Source of the DNA: Candidatus Sysuiplasma acidicola
Lineage (GTDB): Archaea > Thermoplasmatota > Thermoplasmata > Sysuiplasmatales > Sysuiplasmataceae
DNA: 64,000 nucleotides
Assembly: GCA_019721035.1 (NCBI GenBank)
Contig: JAHEAA010000001.1
Location: 39,991-103,990, forward strand
Direction: 5' to 3'
A model generated the notes under the pieces. That model made no database searches and was not told where the DNA came from. It saw nothing but the letters and a program-made list of their open reading frames with translations. How positions within the stretch are numbered: position 1 is the first letter of the stretch; each line of letters starts with the position of its first letter. A program made the translations under genes and the position numbers. Below are positions 56,771 through 64,000 of the stretch, in pieces.

Positions 56771-56844
56771 TGCGGGGTGCGGGATTCGAACCCGCCTTAC
56801 TAGCTTGGCAAGCTAGTGTCCTAACCAGACTAGACTAACCTCGC
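56771..56844 (-). tRNA. tRNA-Gly (anticodon GCC)
   Basis: The reverse-strand sequence is GCGAGGTTAGTCTAGTCTGGTTAGGACACTAGCTTGCCAAGCTAGTAAGGCGGGTTCGAATCCCGCACCCCGCA. Anticodon stem CTAGC/GCTAG, loop TTGCCAA. T-arm GCGGG-TTCGAAT-CCCGC. D-arm GTCT...GGAC. The 7-bp acceptor stem has one A4·C69 mismatch. Discriminator A. A TTTT follows the 3' end. No CCA is encoded. Confidence 0.8.
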
Positions 56845-57596
56845 TCGGGGAAACGCGTTATGATTGCCGATCTTATTAAAGTACGTTGCGTGCGGGACTT
56901 GCCCCCTCCACGCAAGGTTTTTGCCTCCTGTCTCATGGCGTAGGCACACATGTCCATGACGGGGCACACTTCGCAATCAGGCCGGAGGGGTTTGCATATG
57001 TGCTGCCCGTGAATAACCATCAGCTCGTTCGTGTCTATCCAGAGCTTCCTGGGCAGTAGGCGCATGAGATCCTTTTCCGTTTCTTCCGGCTCGTCTGTTT
57101 TCACCAAACCGAGCCTGTTCGAGATACGATGAACATGCGTGTCGACGGGTATCGCGTTCTTTCCGAATCCATACACAAGCGTGCAGTTTGCCGTCTTTCT
57201 TCCCACCGACGGGAGGAGCATCAGTTCTTCCACTTTGTCCGGCACGCGTCCTCCGTAATCCCTGTCTATGGTTTTAGCTATCTGCTTTATCGCAATGGCC
57301 TTGTTCCTGTAGAAGCATACCGCTCTTATAGCCTGCTTGATGTCCTTGAGCGGAGCACTGCACAGTGCTTTCGCATCTGGGTACCTCCGGAAAAGTCTCT
57401 TTGACGCATCTTCTGTGACCGCATCCCTTGTTCTCTGGGAGAGAACAGTTGATATGAGCACCCTGAACGGATCGTCATGAATGGCAATGGCACCGAGTGC
57501 GGTCGTCAGGCCGAGTCCCGAATAATGTTGCCTGAGCCTTTTGAAAATCTCGTCCGGCCCGTCTTCATTTCCAGAGCTTTTCGTTGTATTTCTCAT
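56835..57596 (-). CDS. nth: Endonuclease III (Nth), HhH-GPD DNA glycosylase with a [4Fe-4S] cluster
   Basis: HhH-GPD motif LLPSVGRKTANCTLVYGFGKNAIPVDTHVHRISNRL. Catalytic Lys/Asp region. Cluster ligands CKPLRPDCEVCPVMDMC (Cx6Cx2Cx5C). The start is Met at 57596 or 57617. A ~30-aa C-terminal extension overlaps the tRNA 5' end by about 10 nt. Confidence 0.9.
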   Translation of the reverse strand: MRNTTKSSGNEDGPDEIFKRLRQHYSGLGLTTALGAIAIHDDPFRVLISTVLSQRTRDAVTEDASKRLFRRYPDAKALCSAPLKDIKQAIRAVCFYRNKAIAIKQIAKTIDRDYGGRVPDKVEELMLLPSVGRKTANCTLVYGFGKNAIPVDTHVHRISNRLGLVKTDEPEETEKDLMRLLPRKLWIDTNELMVIHGQHICKPLRPDCEVCPVMDMCAYAMRQEAKTLRGGGKSRTQRTLIRSAIITRFPERG

Positions 57597-58944
57597 ACCA
57601 CCATTCCATCGCTTCACCGACGGTTCTCAGAGACCCTGTTACGAGCACCATTCCCTCCCCCGGCTCTTTCAACGCCGCTTCCATTGCTGCGCCAACGCTC
57701 TCTGTCACCACAGCCATCACACCGGTGGATGCCGCGGCCTCCATCACTTCGCCTGCCGTCCTTGCCCTGGGAGTCTTGGGCCCTGCGCAAATGAATTTAC
57801 ATGTTATCGTCGAGAGGGTTCTCATAACGCCTCCGAGGTCCTTGTCGGACAGCACGCCTGCGACGCAAATGAATTTTCTGTCAGTCAGCGCCCTCAGAGA
57901 CGAGGATAGTGCCTGTGCGGCGTCCGGATTGTGTGCCGTGTCGAATATGAATTTCCTGTCTCTGCCAGCCAGCTGCAGTCTTCCCGGCCAGAACACTTCC
58001 TTCAACCCCGTCCTGATGGAGTTCGTGCTTATGAAAACACCGCGCTGTTGCAGTTTTTCCAGCACTGCTATGGCAAGAGTAATGTTTGGTACCTGGTAAT
58101 CCCCACAGAGAGCACAGCTTACTACTTCAATGTGTGAGATACCTGTAACATTGAATTTCATTTCCCCAAATCCCCTTTCCAGGATGTCGAGCTCAATCAT
58201 CTCGTATGATTTCTCAAGTACTGCTCCCCGCTCATTCGCTATTCTCTCAAACACTTCGAGAGGTTCCCTTTTCGTTTCTGCAGTTATCACTGGAACGGAA
58301 TTTTTGATGATGCCTCCTTTTTCGGCGGCTATCTGTCCTAGCGTGTTGCCCAGGTAGGCCGTGTGTTCAAGCGCTATGTGCGTTATCGCAGATACTTCCG
58401 GAACTATGACGTTCGTTGCGTCAAGCCTTCCTCCGAGGCCCACTTCGACTACGGCAAACTCCACTTTCTTCTTCGCAAAATAAAGAAATGCAATCGCAGT
58501 TGTGATCTCAAAGAATGTCATCTCCCTGGCATCTCTGCCGAACAGGCTGTCCAGCGCCTCCCTTACCTCTGAAGCGCATTCAAGCAGGTCTGGAGTGGGA
58601 ATGCACTCGCGTCCTATCTTTATCCTCTCCTCGAACTCGACCAGATGCGGCGAGGTGTAGAGACCCGTGGCATACCCCTCGGATGAGAGCACAGATGCTA
58701 TCATGGCGCTGACCGAGCCTTTTCCGTTAGTGCCAGCAACATGCACTGTCTTGAATTTCTCCTGCGGATTACCCAGCTGGTTCAGAAGCAATCTTTCGTT
58801 GTCCAGGCCCAGTTTTATGCCGAAATTCTCCAGTCCGTAGAGCCATTTCAGCAGCTCTTTACGTTCGTCTGCCGTATCGTTCAATTCCATCCACCACCGT
58901 TCAATCATGTTCCGGATTCGATATGCACTCCGGTTCTTCGGCAT
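57565..58944 (-). CDS. folC: Folylpolyglutamate synthase / dihydrofolate synthase (FolC, Mur-ligase family)
   Basis: 459 aa. P-loop VHVAGTNGKGSVSAMIAS. Mur-ligase middle and C-terminal domains (TSPHLVEFEERI, VVEVGLGGRLDATN, FDTAHNPDA). The start is probably an internal Met (MELNDTADERKELLKW). Confidence 0.8.
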   Translation of the reverse strand: MPKNRSAYRIRNMIERWWMELNDTADERKELLKWLYGLENFGIKLGLDNERLLLNQLGNPQEKFKTVHVAGTNGKGSVSAMIASVLSSEGYATGLYTSPHLVEFEERIKIGRECIPTPDLLECASEVREALDSLFGRDAREMTFFEITTAIAFLYFAKKKVEFAVVEVGLGGRLDATNVIVPEVSAITHIALEHTAYLGNTLGQIAAEKGGIIKNSVPVITAETKREPLEVFERIANERGAVLEKSYEMIELDILERGFGEMKFNVTGISHIEVVSCALCGDYQVPNITLAIAVLEKLQQRGVFISTNSIRTGLKEVFWPGRLQLAGRDRKFIFDTAHNPDAAQALSSSLRALTDRKFICVAGVLSDKDLGGVMRTLSTITCKFICAGPKTPRARTAGEVMEAAASTGVMAVVTESVGAAMEAALKEPGEGMVLVTGSLRTVGEAMEWWYEKYNEKLWK

Positions 58945-59010
58945 GCTGTGCTTCCGGCGCTGTCAGCAGGCATGGTTGCATTGTACGCGACTCCGTGATT
59001 CTCATGCTGA

Positions 59011-60003
59011 CTACAGCCTCGCCATCAGCAATTTCATGTATATCTTCCTGCTCAAATCCGGAGAGAACATATAGATGACTGCGAGCGATTCCGGGAAAAG
59101 GTTGGCAACCGTTCTGTAACCGCTCGAATTTCTTATGAATGACAGGCACGCTTCCGATACCCTGCCTCTGTTAACTTCCGGGCTGCTTATGTCTCTTACC
59201 AGCGCGAACAGGAACTTCTGTCTTCTCAGAACACGCGCAATTTCCTTTTCTCCGATGCTCTCTGCGAATTCACACAGTGCATCGAAGGTTTTCACCTGTC
59301 TCACCGAGAATTCGTATCTCGACGACACAGTCACACTTTTTCTGTTCAGCCTGTAGTGTGTTAGTATCCTGCCGTCTATCATAACAGATCGTCCCCGCAT
59401 TGCAGCAAGATAGAAGATCAGGCTGTCATGAGCGGACACTGTCTTTCTCGCAACTTCAAGATTTTCCTGAAGTATCCTCTTTCTGACGGATATGCTGCTG
59501 TTGTTGTAATCACACTGTCCTGCAATGAGCTCATTCACTTTCATTCTGATCTCTTCATGATTCATCACGACCGTCCCTTTATCTCTCTCCAGGATTGAGA
59601 AACGGAACGAAAATGGTGGTGCAATCACATTGCCCTCGACATCGATGTAGTCAATTGCATTGTGATAATAGTCGATCTCGTGATTGCTCCTGAAAACTTC
59701 TGTTACTGTGGAAATTTTGTTCGGCAGGAAGAGATCGTCGTCGTCGAGGAAGCACAGTATCTCCCCCTTTGCCTTTTTCACTGCTTCCTCAGAAAAAGAG
59801 CGCAGTGCTTTGCTGTTGTCGAAGATTGACAGTGCTCCCATGTTCTCAATTGTTCTGTCCACTTCAGCGTTTTCGAAGTTCTTGACAACTATTACTTCAA
59901 AAGCTCCCGCAGGTGCATCCTGCGCAATGAGCGACTCGAGAGCGGCTTTTAGAAATTCCTGCCTGTTGTATGCCGTAACAATGACGGTGATGTATGGAGT
60001 CAT
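59011..60003 (-). CDS. Family 2 glycosyltransferase
   Basis: 330 aa. ITVIVTAYNRQEFLKAALESLIAQ and ILCFLDDDDLFLPNK show the GT2-A fold and DxD. Confidence 0.8.
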   Translation of the reverse strand: MTPYITVIVTAYNRQEFLKAALESLIAQDAPAGAFEVIVVKNFENAEVDRTIENMGALSIFDNSKALRSFSEEAVKKAKGEILCFLDDDDLFLPNKISTVTEVFRSNHEIDYYHNAIDYIDVEGNVIAPPFSFRFSILERDKGTVVMNHEEIRMKVNELIAGQCDYNNSSISVRKRILQENLEVARKTVSAHDSLIFYLAAMRGRSVMIDGRILTHYRLNRKSVTVSSRYEFSVRQVKTFDALCEFAESIGEKEIARVLRRQKFLFALVRDISSPEVNRGRVSEACLSFIRNSSGYRTVANLFPESLAVIYMFSPDLSRKIYMKLLMARL

Positions 60004-60269
60004 CCTGACCTTTGTTTCCCCGTTCGGTTGAATCTGTGCTGAAATGCGCCTGCTGTATTAAAATGCAATATGCGGCAGAAGTGTGCAGCACGCGAAGTGC
60101 TTATGCGTGTCTCCCGTCACCTTTGCCTTCAATCGCGATCACGCGTCGACAACTTGTGACAATTAACATAAACTCACCTTCTGATTGCGCTTCCGGCGTA
60201 CTGTCATGCCGTAGCAGTTCAGAGTGCAGGATGCGCCGCCCGCACATACCAGGTGTTCGGTGAAGACAA

Positions 60270-61388
60270 TTGAAAATGACATTCGTTGGTTACAACTCGG
60301 TGGACCATGGCGGCGGAGGAGAAACATGGTTACGTGATGTAACGTCCCGCCTCTCTTCCCGACACTCAATCAGCATCATAGCACCCCCTTCGGAAACAGG
60401 GCGTACGGCAATCGGCGATGAGCTGCGATCACTCGGCATTGAAATCAACGAGATCGGTTATGTGGACGGAACATCGTTTCCGTCACCACGCTCATTGCAC
60501 CGCATGGCAGGTGTGCTCTCCTCTTCCGATGTGGTCTATTTTAATTATGCGACGGGCGGCCTTGAAATTGCCATGTTTGCGCTGCAGAAGATCATCTCGT
60601 TTCCTATGGTCGCGGGCCATCATCTCATAATGAACCGCCGTTTTTTCGGCGGAAGCATGCCCAGCTCAAGGGAATCATATTACAGGATATTCGGATTCAG
60701 AGGCGACAGGATTGCCAGGCGCATGCCAGCTCACCACGTCCTCAACAGAGAGACAGAGAAAGACCTGCTGTTCCGCGGATACAGGAACGTCCGCAGGATA
60801 CCAAACGGTGTCGACAGCTCCTCTTTTTCTCCATCCAAAAAGTTCGATAAATTTACCATCCTGTTTCTAGGGCGCCTTGTAGAACAGAAGGGTGCAGATA
60901 TCCTCCCTGACTTTTACCGCGAAATAAGCACCGCTGTCGATGATTTCGACTTCGTCATTGCTGGATCAGGCGAATATCAAAATGTGCTGAGAAAGCAACT
61001 CCATGACGACAGGGTCAGCATGCCAGGTTTCGTTGATGAAAAGAGAAAGAGAGAGCTGCTTTCCCGCTCACATCTTCTTCTGATGCCTTCGAGATATGAG
61101 ATGTTCCCGATTACAGCGCTCGAAGCACTCTCCTCCGGAACTCCCGTCGTTTCGTCTAATATTATGGGCACAGGTGAATATCTTGTGCCGGGAGTCAATG
61201 GTTTTTTGGCCTCCAGTGCTACAGAAATGGCGCAGAAAACTGCAGAACTCTACGGCATGTATGCAGACGACCGGTATGCCGAACTTTCCGAGAGGTGCAG
61301 GAGGTCTGCCGAACCTTTTGATATAGGTGTGGTTGCAAAGAGAATCGAGGAAATGCTGCTCCAAATCGCCAGCTCGAGCGCTCAGTGA
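60270..61388 (+). CDS. Family 4 (GT-B) glycosyltransferase
   Basis: 372 aa. The C-terminal GT4 signature is LFLGRLVEQKGADIL...FVIAGSGEY...LLMPSRYEMFPITALEALSSGTPVVSS (the EX7E region). Confidence 0.8.
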   Translation: MKMTFVGYNSVDHGGGGETWLRDVTSRLSSRHSISIIAPPSETGRTAIGDELRSLGIEINEIGYVDGTSFPSPRSLHRMAGVLSSSDVVYFNYATGGLEIAMFALQKIISFPMVAGHHLIMNRRFFGGSMPSSRESYYRIFGFRGDRIARRMPAHHVLNRETEKDLLFRGYRNVRRIPNGVDSSSFSPSKKFDKFTILFLGRLVEQKGADILPDFYREISTAVDDFDFVIAGSGEYQNVLRKQLHDDRVSMPGFVDEKRKRELLSRSHLLLMPSRYEMFPITALEALSSGTPVVSSNIMGTGEYLVPGVNGFLASSATEMAQKTAELYGMYADDRYAELSERCRRSAEPFDIGVVAKRIEEMLLQIASSSAQ

Positions 61389-61534
61389 ACGACACCTCCC
61401 GACTGAAATCGTCCTGAAAAGTTGCTCTTCAGGCCGCTCTGAACCGCCGATCAGACCTGTTTTTGCACCTGTCAGGACCGAACATTGCCCTGATCGCCCT
61501 TCAATTGAGGCTAAATCTAAGTATTTTTTATATA

Positions 61535-61717
61535 ATGGGATGTGAATTGAAGGGCAGGGTGGATTACACGCCTGACAAAGTCAAAGCATATTGTGTGAAA
61601 TGCAAGAAATCTGTAGAAGTAAAGAATCCGGTCAAGACAAAGCTGAAGAACGGCAAGCCTGCGACCAAGGGCTCGTGTCCGAGCTGCGGTACGAAGGTTT
61701 TCAGGATCGGAAAGTAA
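61535..61717 (+). CDS. Small basic zinc-ribbon protein (C4 type) of 60 aa
   Basis: MGCELKGRVDYTPDKVKAYCVKCKKSVEVKNPVKTKLKNGKPATKGSCPSCGTKVFRIGK has CxxC-x23-CxxC. Lys-rich and nucleic-acid-binding-like. Preceded by an A/T-rich TTTTTTATATA element. Confidence 0.5.
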   Translation: MGCELKGRVDYTPDKVKAYCVKCKKSVEVKNPVKTKLKNGKPATKGSCPSCGTKVFRIGK

Positions 61718-61862
61718 ACTGTTCCAGTTTTTTACAGCATAAGATGGGTCCAATGATCCATCAAATCATTATTTCCTTTTTTCATTTTTTTAAATACCGT
61801 AGAGATAACTTTCGATAAATGATTAATAAAGTAATTATACCACAGCATCAGCTTAATCGGTT

Positions 61863-62522
61863 ATGGTCGCAACGCACCTCTACGGGTTCGTTCCAGCGAT
61901 TCCCCAGACGGTTTATCCATATGTGGGCATTGTTGCAGTGGCAATAGGACTATTGCTCGCCTTTTTTGGCGAGGCGATATGGAGGATAGCGACGACGATT
62001 ATAGGGAGTATAATCGGAGCAGTGATAGGTCTTGCCTTCGGTGTAGCCATAGCGGGTTTCATCGGCGCCCTCCTCGTCGGTCTGATAGGCGCGATTATCG
62101 GCGGCCTGCTGTTCTATTACATTGCCGAGGCAGGAATATCCCTGATGGTGGCATACTTCTCGCTTCTCGGCGTGCTGACACTGTTCGGCGTCAATGGAGG
62201 CTTATTGAGTCAGGGAACACGCGCCTCAGCCTTGCCATTCATCGTGGCGCTTATCGTCGCGGTGATAGTCTTCATTGTGTGCATCATCTACTTCAAAGAT
62301 CTCATAGCCATCTTCACGGCGGTCGGAGGAGGATTCCTGGTCGATTACGGCCTCGCTGTGCTGCATATCGGAAGCGTGGCAACAATTGTGTCACTCGCCG
62401 TTATCCTGCTCGGCATGGTCTTCCAGTTTGTCAGGATCGCCAGGAAGAAGAAGAGGCTCACTGCCGTTCCTGATTACGGAACGAATCAGGCAGGCGGCAC
62501 ATCATATACGCAGGAAGAGTGA
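61863..62522 (+). CDS. Gly-rich polytopic membrane protein (hypothetical)
   Basis: 219 aa, 6-7 TM helices rich in GxxxG/AxxxG packing motifs. Basic C-terminal tail RIARKKKRLTAVPDY. Confidence 0.5.
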   Translation: MVATHLYGFVPAIPQTVYPYVGIVAVAIGLLLAFFGEAIWRIATTIIGSIIGAVIGLAFGVAIAGFIGALLVGLIGAIIGGLLFYYIAEAGISLMVAYFSLLGVLTLFGVNGGLLSQGTRASALPFIVALIVAVIVFIVCIIYFKDLIAIFTAVGGGFLVDYGLAVLHIGSVATIVSLAVILLGMVFQFVRIARKKKRLTAVPDYGTNQAGGTSYTQEE

Positions 62523-62527
62523 CACAC

Positions 62528-62995
62528 TTACCAGTGGAAAGCCAGAAACAGAGGCGGAATGAGCAGGAGGAAGAGAGCGATCATGGAGAAGCTTAGCCTT
62601 TCGGTCTTCGCTCCGCCCGTGCGCCCGAGCAGCAGCGCAGTAAATATGGACACTGCAATCGTGATAATGCCGGCAACCACAAGTATCATTTCAGAACTCG
62701 CGTTCAGCAGGCCGCCGTTTGATATGTAATTTCCCGCGAGGATCGATCCGTAGCCGAATATGTATGTTATGCCCAGCAGGGACATCTGCACCATCGTGGA
62801 GTTGAAATCGAACATTCCGTTATGTGATGTCAATGCCGATTCGTGAGCCGCCGTCCTGCCGCCATGACCCTGTACTACAGGCTCCTCGGCGGTCCCCGGC
62901 TCAAATTCTGCGCCGCAGTGGGGGCACGAAGGGTCGGCCATGGAGACCTCCTTCCCGCAAACGGGACAGGCAACTACCTCAATTACATCCTCCAT
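62528..62995 (-). CDS. Membrane protein with an N-terminal zinc ribbon
   Basis: 155 aa. N-terminal CPVCGKEV...CPHCGAEF (C4 ribbon), a linker, then 3-4 TM helices. Convergent with the preceding membrane protein. Confidence 0.45.
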   Translation of the reverse strand: MEDVIEVVACPVCGKEVSMADPSCPHCGAEFEPGTAEEPVVQGHGGRTAAHESALTSHNGMFDFNSTMVQMSLLGITYIFGYGSILAGNYISNGGLLNASSEMILVVAGIITIAVSIFTALLLGRTGGAKTERLSFSMIALFLLLIPPLFLAFHW

Positions 62996-63066
62996 TTATG
63001 ATCACATCCTGAACGCAACAGCGGACTTTACGCAACATGAATGCTGTGTTTGGGTTCTTATAATTA

Positions 63067-64000
63067 TCACTCCGGATGTTTCACTGCGGTAATTTCCTCA
63101 TCTCCGCCCATGTATGGTCTCAGCACGTCGGGCACCTTTATCGTCCCGTCCTCCTGCTGGTAGTTCTCCACAACGCCTATGAATGTCCTTGGCAGCGCCA
63201 GTCCGGAGCCGTTGAGCGTGGCCACAAACTCGCTTTTGAGATGCGGCGCCTTCCTGTACTTTATATGCGCCCTCCTGGCCTGAAAATCGGAGAATGAACT
63301 GCACGAAGACACTTCGAGCCATCTGTCAACACCAGGCGCATAAACCTCGATGTCGTATGTTTCCTCGTTCGAAAAACCCAGATCCCCTGTACAGAGGTGT
63401 TTCAGCCGGTATGGAAGGTGCAGCTGCCGCACTACTTCCTCGGCATCCTTCAGCAGCCCTTGCAGCTCTTTCTCCCTGTACTCCGGTTCAACGATTTTTA
63501 CCATTTCCACTTTGTTGAATTCATGCACCCTGCCGATGCCCTTCAAATCCACGTGTCTCCCCGCTTCCTTTCTGAAGGATCGCAGGTAAGCCGTATAGTA
63601 AATAGGAAGATCATCGACCGACAGTATTTCACCGTTCAGCAAGTTCGTCACAGGAACTTCCGCCGTCGGGTTAAGCAGCAGATCCTCGCCTGCAATCCAG
63701 TACATGTCGTTCCTCTTTTCCGGAAGCGTGCCTGTACCCTCTGCGCAGAGGGATTTTACGACTACAGGCACCTGGACCTCGATGTATCCCTGCTTCCTGT
63801 GTATGTCCAGCATGCAGTTTATCAGCGCTCTCTCGAGCCTCGCCCCGTCTCCCTTCAGTACATAGAAGCCGCTACCTGTTATTTTCGCTCCCCTCTTCAA
63901 ATCCAGTATGCCCATGCGTGAGCATATCTCGTAGTGGGGGAGTGGTCTGAAACCCAGATCCGCCGGTTTAGAGGGCACGCTGATGACGACATTGTCCTCC
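63067..64000 (-). CDS. serS: Seryl-tRNA synthetase, partial. The catalytic domain is in the window and the N-terminus runs past the right edge.
   Basis: Class II motifs: motif 2 region FRKEAGRHVDLKGIGRVHEFNKVEMV, motif 3 region GSGLALPRTFIGVVENYQ. The ORF-track start at 63978 is a GTG. The upstream in-frame sequence (...EDNVVISVPSKPADLGF) continues SerRS homology to position 64000 without a stop. Confidence 0.9.
   Translation of the reverse strand, partial: EDNVVISVPSKPADLGFRPLPHYEICSRMGILDLKRGAKITGSGFYVLKGDGARLERALINCMLDIHRKQGYIEVQVPVVVKSLCAEGTGTLPEKRNDMYWIAGEDLLLNPTAEVPVTNLLNGEILSVDDLPIYYTAYLRSFRKEAGRHVDLKGIGRVHEFNKVEMVKIVEPEYREKELQGLLKDAEEVVRQLHLPYRLKHLCTGDLGFSNEETYDIEVYAPGVDRWLEVSSCSSFSDFQARRAHIKYRKAPHLKSEFVATLNGSGLALPRTFIGVVENYQQEDGTIKVPDVLRPYMGGDEEITAVKHPE

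Overview
This 64 kb window looks archaeal, densely coding, about 52-54% GC. The archaeal call rests on an archaeal-type Dph2, the queD-queC-queE archaeosine precursor genes, TTTAAA-type TATA boxes, a tRNA followed by a T-run, a PhoU/AbrB fusion and an N-glycosylated surface protein. The accessory content looks thermoacidophile or Thermoplasmata-like, but I cannot name the organism.

Content, in order along the window:
- Surface-glycan genes: a partial galU-like gene, ugd, GT2 and GT4 glycosyltransferases, and S-layer-like glycoproteins.
- Several class I SAM methyltransferases, two MFS transporters, dph2, queD/queC/queE and thyX.
- A SUF Fe-S assembly operon (sufC, sufU, sufB, sufD, a Rieske protein, sufS).
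- Embedded in that operon: a CysM-like PLP enzyme, a CysO-like beta-grasp sulfur carrier fused in frame to a MoeZ-type E1 with a rhodanese domain, and a JAMM/Mec+ protease. A winged-helix regulator with a Cys-rich C-terminus, possibly an Fe-S sensor, is transcribed divergently.
- A class Ia aaRS (ValRS-like) whose KMSKS position reads PMHTH, translationally coupled to a methyltransferase.
- kdpABC preceded by a standalone RAM-domain protein.
- A large alpha-glucan/trehalose island: glgB-glgE-treS-mak-glgX, then treZ-treY and a GH31 alpha-glucosidase on the opposite strand.
- A HesB-like protein with a Gly-Cys tail, a CsaA-like tRNA-binding protein, and a PhoU/AbrB regulator.
- An isocitrate-lyase homologue with every catalytic-motif residue substituted.
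- tRNA-Gly(GCC), nth, folC, more glycosyltransferases, small zinc-ribbon and membrane proteins, and a partial serS.

I found no CRISPR array, no obvious mobile element and no rRNA.

The strongest candidate for an undescribed system is the SUF operon with the embedded ubiquitin-like/E1 fusion, CysM and JAMM module. The ICL-like pseudoenzyme and the non-canonical aaRS are the next most interesting.
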